DNA of 64,000 nucleotides from Dudresnaya verticillata. Its lineage: Eukaryota. A model generated the notes under the pieces. It was not told the DNA's origin. It saw only the letters and a list, made by a program, of their open reading frames with translations, and did no database searches. Where the stretch lies: positions 1,240,001-1,304,000 of the forward strand of contig OZ374561.1 in the NCBI GenBank assembly GCA_977862235.1, read 5' to 3'. The translations under genes were made by a program, and so were the position numbers. How positions within the stretch are numbered: position 1 is the stretch's first letter; each line of letters opens with the position of its first letter. Shown in pieces: positions 23,109 to 34,213 of the stretch.

Positions 23109-26021
23109 ATGAGCCCACCGCCGTCACTGGCGCAGCGCGCCACTGTCGAAGAGGAGGACCTCTCCGAAATCCAACCCAACGTAGCTGTAGTGCCAGAGGG
23201 GGTCCCCCTTCTTCGCTTTCAAGCGGGTTGATATCCTTCGTCTACCGACGGACGACCGCCAACGGCGCGCTCAACCCGCCCGCGGCGCAAACACGTCAGC
23301 GACGTATGCCGCTGGCCACTCGGGCCAGAACGGCTCGTTTGGCGTGCAGACCGCACGCCTGAACCCGGAACACTGTACGGCGCCACGCGTGCGCGCATGG
23401 CGCAGTGGTGGGAACGTTCGCTGTAAGCGTGGCCCGAATCCGAATCCAATCGGGATCCCACATCGGGATCAGACATCGGGATTGAGAGGTGTAAGGCACG
23501 CGCCTGTAAGCCTGGCGCATCCGCATGGCTGGCCCGAATCCGGACTGGATCGGGATTAGTGCGGATCGAGATCGCACGCACCATGGGGCGCGTGCGGCTG
23601 TAAGGAAGTACATCCACGTGGAGGTGTAAGGACTCGAGGGGGAAGCTACGCATGATCTGTCAGGAGCGCGGCTGCATGACGGACGGATCTGTCAGACGCG
23701 CCTCGGGACAACACGTGTCCCGAGTTCCCGCGCGGCGCGTACGCACGCGTCGCCGCCGTTAGGTAGTTCTATACTTAGCTGATCCGTCTCAGACGTTGAG
23801 GTAAACTCCCGGCAAGCCTGCCTTGGTCCAGACTTCCCCGTTCAGCACGCGCGTACCCTACCGCTGCCTACGGCTAAGCGTCTACCTCCAGTGCTTCCAC
23901 GTCTCTACCCGTCTTTGACGTGTTCCCTTTTTGTTTCTTCTGTTCTTCCTTTCCGCCTCGGGCGTTTACAGTCCGCCCAAGGCGAGTCAACTGCTCTACC
24001 ACAAGTCGCCCAAGGCGAGGCTACTCACCGCCACGGGCGTCGCTACCCACCGAGCCCCGAACTGCTCGGCGGTGTTCCGTCTAGGACGTTTGCACTACAG
24101 TAGCGCAGGTGGGTACACCCGCCGAAGATCGGGGCTCGTCGTCGGCCGCGTCGCCGGTCGCGGAGCTTCCCGCTGTGCCGAGGCGCCGGTTGACGACTTT
24201 GTCGTCGGTGCCGTCACCGATGAATCAGACGGAGAGTTCCGAGTTGCACCTACCGACGCCGATGCCAGCGGCTGTATCGACACCCTTATCGGGGTTCACC
24301 CCCGTCATCACGACACCAGCCCCGCTGCTTATCGAATATCCAAGACCGGTGGAATTCGTCGGCATGATGCCGAACGATGACCTCGACCTGTTCGCCCGGG
24401 CCCCGTGGTTTCATCCGCGCGATTATCGTAGGGCGGACCTCATCGACCGGTACGTCCTCAACGGGTATCTCCCCGGGGAAATCCCCGTTGCTGTCTTGGG
24501 TACGGAGGATTGGCGGCTTCACGGGGCAGTCCCCGTCCATCATCTTAATGACAGGAACCAGCCGCTCGATGTGGTCTTCCGCGAGTGGGTGCGGTTGGTG
24601 TATCGTCGTCACACGCGGACTGTCGGCCGCGCCCTCATTCCGTCGACTCACGGCGTTGACTACGCGGTTTTCCGCACAAATGGCGAAGTCGACTACGTCT
24701 GGTATCTTGCGGACTTGGACTTGCCACAATCTTGGCGCGGACGAGAACCGCGAGTTGAGCAATCGGCGCTTTTGCTGGACGTCCAGCTTTGGAACGAATT
24801 CCGTTATCGGCGTAAACACTACAACTCCTTTTGGGAGAAGATCCGCTTCGAACTTCGCGAACGCTCGCGGTTGGGAGTTTTCGTTCCGTACCCACATGTC
24901 GAAGCGGCTCTCCTTCGGATGATTTACCGAAGACGCTACTACCTGAGTATCCCCTACACGTGGGCACTGGTAGAGTCGTGTGAGAGATTACTCGTTGAGT
25001 TGTCCAATGTATTTGGGTACTGTATGAGCGAGTTTCTTCGCGATCCCAACACTGGGCTATGGACGGTGGCGTTCACCGAGTTCGTCGCGAAAACAGCCAT
25101 GCATTGGCTCTGGGAAACATACGACACTTTTCGTCTTTGGTTTTTACCTCCGACGATGACGTCGCTCATTGCGCAGTTGGATCTGCGGACGGTCCTTGGT
25201 GGTCAAGCAAATGACGACGAACTTCGCAGGCTGCTGCGGTTTCATGACGCCATTAATTGGAACGACCCCACGGTTGTCCCGCTCGCGAATCACAAACGCA
25301 GTCGGCTGCGAAGGAATTTCTCGCCTGGTCGTCGGCACCCTCATTGCGGGGACTTCGTATGGTACGACCCTTGGCGGCGTCAGTTGGTCGGCGAGGAAGA
25401 GGCGCGGGATCACCGTTACAATCCGACGCCGATGCCGGCGGGCTATCCTTGCGGGTACCTCTACGACGCCCTTGAACAGGGCGTCGCGGAGGACGAAAGC
25501 GGAGAGCTAATTGATGAGAACGTGGGCGCCCACGACATGGACGACATCGTAGAGCCACCTGCTTCGTACGCGAATTTGGATCGGCCGCGTTCTCGGGCGC
25601 AGCGGGAGCTGCGTGGTAACGCATCGACTCCCGCCCCGGAAAGAGGGTCTCGAGCGCATGTGCTTCCTGTGGAGAATGCGGAGGTGACTCCGAGTTTGCC
25701 AAACACTCCTAATGTGGCGCCGTCGTCGGCTCTTCTCATGCGTCAAGATCAACCGTCCGTCGTCCCCGCACCTGCCGCGACGGGCATTGTCATGTCCGAT
25801 TTCCTACAACGTGCGGGGGTGGCCCTCGGGTTAAATCTATCCGAGCGCGAGCTGCGCGAGCGCCTCCAGGTGCCTCTAGCGGCTGCCCCACAGACCGGCG
25901 GCAACGCTGTGTCCAATGGGGCCAACGCTGACGAACAGCGAGATTCAATGAACGTTGAAGCGGGGAATCCCCCGGATGCAGCGTTCCCGTCGGAGCCTAC
26001 TCCCAGTGGTGCGACTGCTCC
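23109..26021 (+). pseudogene. Unknown protein of at least 664 aa (disordered ends, Trp/Tyr/Arg-rich core), interrupted by a solo LTR and cut by Copia A
   Basis: Removing 23186-24104 fuses MSPPPSLAQRATVEEEDLSEIQPNVA in frame to QVGTPAEDRG... The frame is open to 26021, where the Copia LTR starts. No motif recognised. Confidence 0.8.
23186..24099 (+). mobile_element. Solo LTR, Gypsy-type (914 bp)
   Basis: TGTAGTGC...GCACTACA inverted repeat with TSD GTAGC at 23181-23185 and 24100-24104. The 3' part resembles the 20931 LTR, and excision restores the host frame. Confidence 0.92.
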
Positions 26022-26943
26022 TGTTGAGGACATGGTCGCTGCAGCGTGCCTGACCCGTTACGTGAGGCGCCATGGCGCCTCAGGTCACGGGTCAGGCACC
26101 CCAGATGGCACCCTGGCACGTTGAGGACATGGTCGCTGGCGCCTCACGTCACGGGTCAGGTACCCCAGATGGTACCTTGGCACGCTTTCACCAAACCTTC
26201 CGGAGACGACAGCCCTTTTTCCGGGCTTCCAAAATCACGGCGCATTTAGGCCTTTTGCAAAAGCAACGTGAAACGGGCTTCTGATTGGTTGTTACAAACC
26301 GCCTCCATGGTCTATATGGCTTACAAGTGTTGTGCTGGAATTGGCGGTTATAACAGGAACGGCCAAGTGGAGCGATCTGATTGGACCACATGGATGCACG
26401 TGGTATGGCATGGAATGGTACTGGTATGACGCGCACTGTACTCCACAAGTACATATGAACGTGCCATGCAATGTGCTGATGGCGTCTGAGTTGGTACTGC
26501 AGGGACTTGCGCTACGTGGAGCCTGGCTTGTGATATCAGCAGATGCAGTTGTCGTGCGGCCGACACGTTGGTTTACAGTTGGCCAGTGGCTGTCGCGCGG
26601 CCGACACGTTGGCTTACAGTGGGCACGTAGCTTTCGTGCGGCCGACACGTTGGTTTACAGCTGCCACGTAGGCAAATCTGAGTGATTACGTGGTCAATGA
26701 TCCAAGTTGGATATTCATGGACTGACTTCAGCTCGTAAGTGCGGCCACGTGGTGTGCAGTGTTGTCCGACAGCAGCCATGCGGGGACACTCGATACTTTC
26801 GAGTTCCCGCCCAAAGTTGGAGTACATATGGATGGCAGGAAATGCGGTCGCAAGAGGGATTGCTGATGTCAGCAGTTAGCAACACTGGTGTGCAAGTTCC
26901 CGCCCATTTTGGTGGCGGATGTGAGTGTGCTGAGAGTATGATT

Positions 26944-29900
26944 TGAAAAGGAATATGGAAAGGTTGAAGTTGAACAAGATGAGAAATGGAAGTCGCTTGA
27001 CTTCGTTTACTGCAGTCGACAATCCGACATGGCTTATATCAGCTTTTCGGATGAGTTGCTGCGTGAACACAAACAAAAGAAATCATTAAAGATACGCCCA
27101 AAATCCCTATTATCAAATGGGCGGGAAAAAGTAAAGCAATTAAATCTACCAAATCATACTCTCAGCACACTCACATCCGCCACCAAAATGGGCGGGAACT
27201 TGCACACCAGTGTTGCTAACTGCTGACATCAGCAATCCCTCTTGCGACCGCATTTCCTGCCATCCATATGTACTCCAACTTTGGGCGGGAACGTGAAAGT
27301 ATCGAGTGTCCCCGCATGGCTGCTGTCGGACAACGCTGCACACCACGTGGCCGCACTTACCAGCTCAAGTCCGTCCATGAATATCCAACTTGGATCATTG
27401 ACCACGTAATCACCCAGACTTGCCTACGTGGCAGCTGTAAACCAACGTGTCGGCCGCACGACAGCTACGTGGCAACTTTAAACCAACGTGTCGGCCGCAC
27501 GACACCTACGTGCCAACTGTAAACCAACGTGTCGGCCGCACGACAACTGCATCTGCTGATATCACAAGCCAGGCTCCACGTAGCGCAAGTCCCTGCAGTA
27601 CCAACTCAGACGCCATCAGCACATTGCATGGCACGTTCATGTGTACTTGTGGAGTACAGTGCGCGTCATACCAGTACCATTCCATGCCATACCACGTGCA
27701 TCCATGTGGTCCAATCAGATCGTTCCACTTGGCCGTTCCTGTTATAACCGCCAATTCCAGCACAACACTTGTAAGCCATATAGACCATGGAGGCGGTTTG
27801 GAACAACCAATCAGAAGCCCGTTTCACGTTGCTTTTGCAAAAGGCCTAAATGCGCCGTGATTTTGGAAGCCCGGAAAAAGGGCTGTCGTCTCCGGAAGGT
27901 TTGGTGAAAGCGTGCCAGGGTACCATCTGGGGTACCTGACCCGTGACGTGAGGCGCCAGCGACCATGTCCTCAACACTCCTCCTCGATGGCTCCTCCAAG
28001 TCCAACCCTTGGTAGAATCCTATTGAGCAAAGTGGGCCCGAGTGGCTTTGTCAGCAAGTCCGCGTCGTTGTCTTCTGACGGCACATACACCACTTCCAGA
28101 ACAGAGTCGGCGACAAGTTCGCGAATGAAGTGTACACGAACGTCGATGTGCTTGGCACGACCAGACGGACAGCGTTCTCCAGTAGCCCAATTGATGGCAG
28201 ACTGGTTGTCTGATCTCAATGGAACCGGGCCTTCGACGTTCAAGTCGGCCTCCTTCAGCACTCGCGTGACCCAAACCGTCTCTTTCGCAGCCAGAGTCAT
28301 TGCATAGTACTCCGACTCACAAGTTGAGAGAGCAACAGTTGACTGCTTCTTGGATCCCCAAATACACACTGCATCTCCCAGTTTCACCATGTAACCAGAC
28401 ATAGATTTTCGGTCTGTGGTGTCACCGGCATAGTCAGCGTCCACATAAGCTTGGATACGAGTGGTTCCGGACTGGTACGTAACTCCATGCTTGTGAGTGC
28501 CTCGAAGATATCGCAGAACCCTCTTTACACCACGGTGACAGTACGCAGTTGGAGCCTTCTGGAACCGTGCGAGGATAAGCACAGAGGCCAAAATGTCCAG
28601 CCTTGTGCGAAGCCCCAAGTACAGAAGTGACCCGATCATCTGCTGGTACGTCTCAACCGACACGACGGCCTTGTCCTCTTCGGCGGCAAGTCCAGTGAAG
28701 AAAGACTCAACCATCGGCGTACAAGCCGGCTTAGAGTTCTGAAGTCCAAATCGACGAAGAACACTTTCCGTGTAGACCTGTTGAGTCATCTTGAGGGACA
28801 CAAATCTGCCATCAGAGTCTAGCTTCCATCCAAGCTCGACTCCGAGGAAGAGGTCAACCCCTTCAGACAGCCTTAGATCGTAGAGGCCCTGCAGTTCCTT
28901 AACAATGGCGTCTCTCTCCGCCTTTGTGGGCGCGAGGATGAGCAAGTCATCAACGTACACCAAGATGTATGCGTATCCGGAAGACTTGGATTTGCGACGA
29001 AACACGCAAGGTGCACTTGGCAATTCCTCAAACATCATCCTAGCAAGGTCACCACACAGCTTGGTGTGCCAAGCTAGGTGAGCCTGTTTTAGCCCATACA
29101 TAGCTTTCAGAAGTTTGTAACAGAGAGATTCCCTTCCAGGAATCCCACGCGGTGACATTACCCACACGTGTTCTGCCAGATCACCATTCAGGAAAGCCGT
29201 CTTCACGTCTAGCTGTGCAACAAACAGGTTCAAACACAGTACCAAGTATAGGAACATGCGCACCAGCGAGAACGACACAACTGGGGCGTATGTTTCCATG
29301 TAGTCTTCACCATACGTCTGGAAGTTTCCACCAGCGACGACCCGCGCTTTGAAGCGCTCGACGGTCCCGTCGGACTTGCGTTTAACTTTCAGCACGGCGT
29401 GCGTTGGAAGCGGCTGTGCATCGGGACTGTCATCACGGACCCAAGTGCCTTTGGATTCCAAGGATGCGAACTCATCATCAATGGCAGATTTCCACAACCC
29501 GCGCTCCTCCGGAGTGGCAGACATGGCCTCTCGAAGAGTGGGCTCATCTCCCGTTGTGAGGGCAACCTGTTGTTCAGCTTGTGCAGAGCTTGCCATAAAC
29601 CATTTCGACGTCTGGCGACGTTGGCGACGAGGATATCGACTCTGTTGCTGGCGTTCTGGATCTGAACTCACACCAGCCGGAGGATTGTCAGAGACGTTTT
29701 CTTCCTCAGCCGTGTCATCAGATTCGAATGAGCTGGGTTCTGATGGAGGTAGTGGAGGTGAAGAAGGTGTGTCAACTTCAATTGCATCCTCTTCATCCTC
29801 AAAGTTACCCAGCGACACATCGTCATCAGAGTCCGAGTTGAAAATAGAGGCCTCTGAGTTAGACTCGTAATCTTCATCCGAATCTTCCTCGTCGTGCCCA

Positions 29901-32900
29901 TATTCCAACAGGCTTGGAGCACCCGGGAATTTGGACTCGTCGAATGTGACATGCCGCGACTCAACCACACGAGGTATACCGTCACCGCCAGTGACCAATA
30001 TCCTGTAGATCCCATGCTCTAGAGTCTCCAAGTGCACCCCCTCAAGTGCACGAGACTCGAACTTGGATCCGCGTGGGAGCCTTAGGACATATGCAGCACA
30101 TCCAAACACTCTTAAATGTTTTAAATCAGGAACATCACCTGTCATGACCGAGTATGGCGTAGCCCCAACGGTTGAGTGTGGTACCCGATTGCGCACGTAG
30201 TTGACATGCTTCAGTGCAAACGGCCACAAACATCCCGGTAGATCAGCCTGGATCAGCAAAGTCAGCGCAGCTTCCACCATGGTTCGGTTCACCCTTTCCG
30301 CGATTCCATTGAGCTCATCGGAGTCGTCGTTGTCATCCAGCGGGTTGTGTTGCTGGCGAGAACCTGACGACGCGGACTTCTTTTTCTTCTTCCGACGACT
30401 CTTCGACTTACTGGATCTCCCACCTGCGTTTGATCCATGAGAATCTTTGGCGTTGTACTCATCGATCAGCGTGGTTGCGACGTAGTCCCAAGTCAGCTCA
30501 GCAGCATCTTTGGTGCGAAGAGCTGCAGCTGTTGACTCCAGGTGCCAGGACGGATCAATGGAAGCAAGCAGCATAGGTGCCTTATGTGTCTCCGGTATCG
30601 CCGAGTCGTTGCCCATGCGGTCGAGTTGGGCGAACAGTGACGTGTACTGGTCGACATAGCTGGACATATTCTGACCGGTGTACGTCATACGGAATAGCTT
30701 GGTCTGTACGGCGATACGGGATACGGTTCGACTGGACGCATAGCGCGAGTCCAATAGCTCCAGCATGCGTTTGGGGTCATCATCAACCTCCATAACGACA
30801 CGAAGCGGAGCATCACCAAGTGCGGAGATAATGATCCCGCAAGCCTTCTCACGTTTGGCCAAGGTTCTGGCGTGAAGAATGGAAGTATCCGCTGAGGCCT
30901 CTCCAGTTGACTGTGAGCTGCTCGGTGTGTCGTTTGAGGTGTGGACAACATTCCAAACCCCTTTGATGCGGCATGCGGCACGAAGGCGATGACGCCAGAG
31001 ACCGTAGTCGTCACCTCTCCTGCCGTGGAAACGGGGTATCTTGACCCCGCTCGAAGTATCCATCTCGGTTTCGGTATCAGTCATCGCTGTTGGGACTGAT
31101 GGTGAGAAGAGGTAACTTGAATAGTTTTAGAAAACTTGGTGAACTTGGGGCAGTGCTGTTAGTGCAACAGTGTCGATGCCCAGAGGGTAATAGTCGTGTT
31201 AAGCAGAGCAGTGCAGCTCACACAACGAAGACGTGACGACGAAACTGAGAAATGTGTCGAACACGTCGGTAATATAATACAGTCACAAGCGGAGCACACT
31301 TTGCCAAGTAGCTCCCACGCTTGGAGTAATGAAACTCTCAGGTGATGATGGGATCACCTGGACTGAAGAAGAAAAGTTGAAACTTGAAGTTGAAAAGTTG
31401 ATTCTTGATAGTTGAACGTCTTTTTGACGCGGGATGTTCTGGCACCAGGTTCTACCTAGTCACCCCTAGGAGTCGGACTCCTGGCCCCCGGATATGATTC
31501 TCCGGGTGAAATGCGTCTTTCAGCAGCCCTTTCGTGTCGTGCGCACACAGACAAGAAGTATGCAATCCTTACGAGACGTCCACCTTATGGGTACTAACTC
31601 AAAACGAGTGTTCACCACACGAACAGGTCCAGTCTCTTGCAGGAATGGAACTAGGCCCAACCGTGTCAAGGTTCTGGATCTTACTGGAGGCTGCTCCCCT
31701 AGGCCAACGAGGTCCTGACTTAACGAGAGTCACCACGCACAACACTCAACCTCTCAGCAAGCTCACGGACCAAGACAACAGCGGACGAGAGCCTCGAGAA
31801 CTCTCTCACAAAATCAGAGACACAAGCCGACACAGTGGGATAGGGACCACTTTCAACAGACAACAAGCAGACAGGACAGGACACAAGCCGACAGGACAGG
31901 ACACAAGCAGACAGGACAGGCCAGGACGGGACCGGACAGTATCAAGAATGAAAAGAAAAAGGAAGAAGGTTGCAGCGAAGCGATGAAGTCTGCGTAGGTC
32001 GACCTTCTGGGCCCATAACCTGAAAAGGAATATGGAGAGGTTGAAGTTGAACAAGATGAGAAATGGAAGTCGCTTGACTTCGTTTACTGCAGTCGACAAT
32101 CCGACATGGCTTATATCAGCTTTTCGGATGAGTTGCTGCGTGAACACAAACAAAAGAAATCATTAAAGATACGCCCAAAATCCCTATTATCAAATGGGCG
32201 GGAAAAAGTAAAGCAATTAAATCTACCAAATCATACTCTCAGCACACTCACATCCGCCACCAAAATGGGCGGGAACTTGCACACCAGTGTTGCTAACTGC
32301 TGACATCAGCAATCCCTCTTGCGACCGCATTTCCTGCCATCCATATGTACTCCAACTTTGGGCGGGAACGTGAAAGTATCGAGTGTCCCCGCATGGCTGC
32401 TGTCGGACAACGCTGCACACCACGTGGCCGCACTTACCAGCTCAAGTCCGTCCATGAATATCCAACTTGGATCATTGACCACGTAATCACCCAGACTTGC
32501 CTACGTGGCAGCTGTAAACCAACGTGTCGGCCGCACGACAGCTACGTGGCAACTTTAAACCAACGTGTCGGCCGCACGACACCTACGTGCCAACTGTAAA
32601 CCAACGTGTCGGCCGCACGACAACTGCATCTGCTGATATCACAAGCCAGGCTCCACGTAGCGCAAGTCCCTGCAGTACCAACTCAGACGCCATCAGCACA
32701 TTGCATGGCACGTTCATGTGTACTTGTGGAGTACAGTGCGCGTCATACCAGTACCATTCCATGCCATACCACGTGCATCCATGTGGTCCAATCAGATCGT
32801 TCCACTTGGCCGTTCCTGTTATAACCGCCAATTCCAGCACAACACTTGTAAGCCATATAGACCATGGAGGCGGTTTGGAACAACCAATCAGAAGCCCGTT

Positions 32901-33053
32901 TCACGTTGCTTTTGCAAAAGGCCTAAATGCGCCGTGATTTTGGAAGCCCGGAAAAAGGGCTGTCGTCTCCGGAAGGTTTGGTGAAAGCGTGCCAGGGTAC
33001 CATCTGGGGTACCTGACCCGTGACGTGAGGCGCCAGCGACCATGTCCTCAACA
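26944..33053 (-). mobile_element. Copia B: both LTRs (26944-27976, 32021-33053), PBS 32007-32020, PPT, TSD TGATT; 1,209-bp internal deletion
   Basis: TSD at 26939-26943 and 33054-33058. Both LTRs are 1,033 bp and nearly identical (one substitution noticed by eye). Confidence 0.97.
27971..31084 (-). CDS. gag-pol: Copia gag-pol with an in-frame deletion (no zinc knuckle, protease or integrase N-half), 1037 aa
   Basis: Junction DDNDDSD|ELNGIAER. RT (LDVKTAFL, YVDD) and RNase H are intact. Confidence 0.9.
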   Translation of the reverse strand: MTDTETEMDTSSGVKIPRFHGRRGDDYGLWRHRLRAACRIKGVWNVVHTSNDTPSSSQSTGEASADTSILHARTLAKREKACGIIISALGDAPLRVVMEVDDDPKRMLELLDSRYASSRTVSRIAVQTKLFRMTYTGQNMSSYVDQYTSLFAQLDRMGNDSAIPETHKAPMLLASIDPSWHLESTAAALRTKDAAELTWDYVATTLIDEYNAKDSHGSNAGGRSSKSKSRRKKKKKSASSGSRQQHNPLDDNDDSDELNGIAERVNRTMVEAALTLLIQADLPGCLWPFALKHVNYVRNRVPHSTVGATPYSVMTGDVPDLKHLRVFGCAAYVLRLPRGSKFESRALEGVHLETLEHGIYRILVTGGDGIPRVVESRHVTFDESKFPGAPSLLEYGHDEEDSDEDYESNSEASIFNSDSDDDVSLGNFEDEEDAIEVDTPSSPPLPPSEPSSFESDDTAEEENVSDNPPAGVSSDPERQQQSRYPRRQRRQTSKWFMASSAQAEQQVALTTGDEPTLREAMSATPEERGLWKSAIDDEFASLESKGTWVRDDSPDAQPLPTHAVLKVKRKSDGTVERFKARVVAGGNFQTYGEDYMETYAPVVSFSLVRMFLYLVLCLNLFVAQLDVKTAFLNGDLAEHVWVMSPRGIPGRESLCYKLLKAMYGLKQAHLAWHTKLCGDLARMMFEELPSAPCVFRRKSKSSGYAYILVYVDDLLILAPTKAERDAIVKELQGLYDLRLSEGVDLFLGVELGWKLDSDGRFVSLKMTQQVYTESVLRRFGLQNSKPACTPMVESFFTGLAAEEDKAVVSVETYQQMIGSLLYLGLRTRLDILASVLILARFQKAPTAYCHRGVKRVLRYLRGTHKHGVTYQSGTTRIQAYVDADYAGDTTDRKSMSGYMVKLGDAVCIWGSKKQSTVALSTCESEYYAMTLAAKETVWVTRVLKEADLNVEGPVPLRSDNQSAINWATGERCPSGRAKHIDVRVHFIRELVADSVLEVVYVPSEDNDADLLTKPLGPTLLNRILPRVGLGGAIEEEC

Positions 33054-34213
33054 TGATTTGGTAGATTTGATTGCTTTACTTTTTCCCGCCCATTTGACGG
33101 TAGGGATTTTGGGCGTATCTTTAATGATTTCTTTTGTTTGTGTTCACGCAGCAACTCATCCGAAAAGCTGATATAAGCCTTGTCGGATGGTCGACTGCAG
33201 TAAACGAAGTCAAGCGACTTCCATTTCTCATCTTGTTCAACTCCAACCTCTCCATATTCCTTTTCAGGTTATGGGCCCAGAAGGTCGACCTACGCAGATT
33301 TCATCGCTTCGCTGCAACCTTCTTCCTTTTTCTTTTCATTCTTGATACTGTCCTGTCCCGTCCTGGCCTGTCCTGTCTGCTTGTGTCCTGTCCTGTCGGC
33401 TTGTGTCCTGTCCTGTCTGCTTGTTGTCTGTTGAAAGTGGTCCCTATCCCACTGTGTCGGCTTGTGTCTCTGATTTTGTGAGAGAGTTCTCGAGGCTCTC
33501 GTCCGCTGTTGTCTTGGTCCGTGAGCTTGCTGAGAGGTTGAGTGTTGTGCGTGGTGACTCTCGTTAAGTCAGGACCTCGTTGGCCTAGGGGAGCAGCCTC
33601 CAGTAAGATCCAGAACCTTGACACGGTTGGGCCTAGTTCCATTCCTGCAAGAGACTGGACCTGTTCGTGTGGTGAACACTCGTTTTGAGCTAGTACCCAT
33701 AAGGTGGACGTCTCGTAAGGATTGCATACTTCGTGTCTGTGTGCGCACGACACGAAAGGGCTGCTGAAAGACGCATTTCACCCGGAGAATCATATCCGGG
33801 GGCCAGGAGTCCGACTCCTAGGGGTGACTAGGTAGAACCTGGTGCCAGAACATCCCGCGTCAAAAAGACGTTCAACTATCAAGAATCAACTTTTCAACTT
33901 CAAGTTTCAACTTTTCTTCTTCAGTCCAGGTGATCCCATCATCACCTGAGAGTTTCATTACTCCAAGCGTGGGAGCTACTTGGCAAAGTGTGCTCCGCTT
34001 GTGACTGTATTATATTACCGACGTGTTCGACACATTTCTCAGTTTCGTCGTCACGTCTTCGTTGTGTGAGCTGCACTGCTCTGCTTAACACGACTATTAC
34101 CCTCTGGGCATCGACACTGTTGCACTAACAGCACTGCCCCAAGTTCACCAAGTTTTCTAAAACTATTCAAGTTATCTCTTCTCAGCATCAGTCCCAACAG
34201 AGATGACTGATGT

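Larger units (their letters stand above)
26022..34213 (+). mobile_element. Copia A (outermost): 5' LTR 26022-26943 plus 33059-33266, PBS 33267-33280, leader, gag ATG 34203; hosts B and C
   Basis: TGTTGAGGAC start at 26022 with a rearranged first 100 bp. The LTR is continuous across B, and TTTTCA is followed by GGTTATGGGCCCAG. Left flank GCTCC. Confidence 0.92.

Noticed and set aside
20931..24099. A single 3.2-kb LTR defined by the perfect inverted repeat TGTAGTGCAA/TTGCACTACA
   Set aside because: The flanks differ (GTATC versus GTAGC), and each end has its own partner with a perfect TSD, giving two solo LTRs.
27436..27545. Regular 41-bp repeats resembling a CRISPR array
   Set aside because: The between-repeat sequences are near-identical rather than unique spacers, they lie inside a eukaryotic LTR, and there are no cas genes.
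30300..30330. B's deletion as a retrotransposed spliced RNA
   Set aside because: There is no GT donor at the left breakpoint, and short homeology explains the junction.
31494..32153. Recurrent 74-150-aa ORFs in the leader and the many short ORFs in the LTRs (MSCAHR..., MYSNFG..., MLELAV...)
   Set aside because: They recur only because the copies are near-identical. They have no motifs, overlap on both strands, mostly use non-ATG starts and vary in length between copies.
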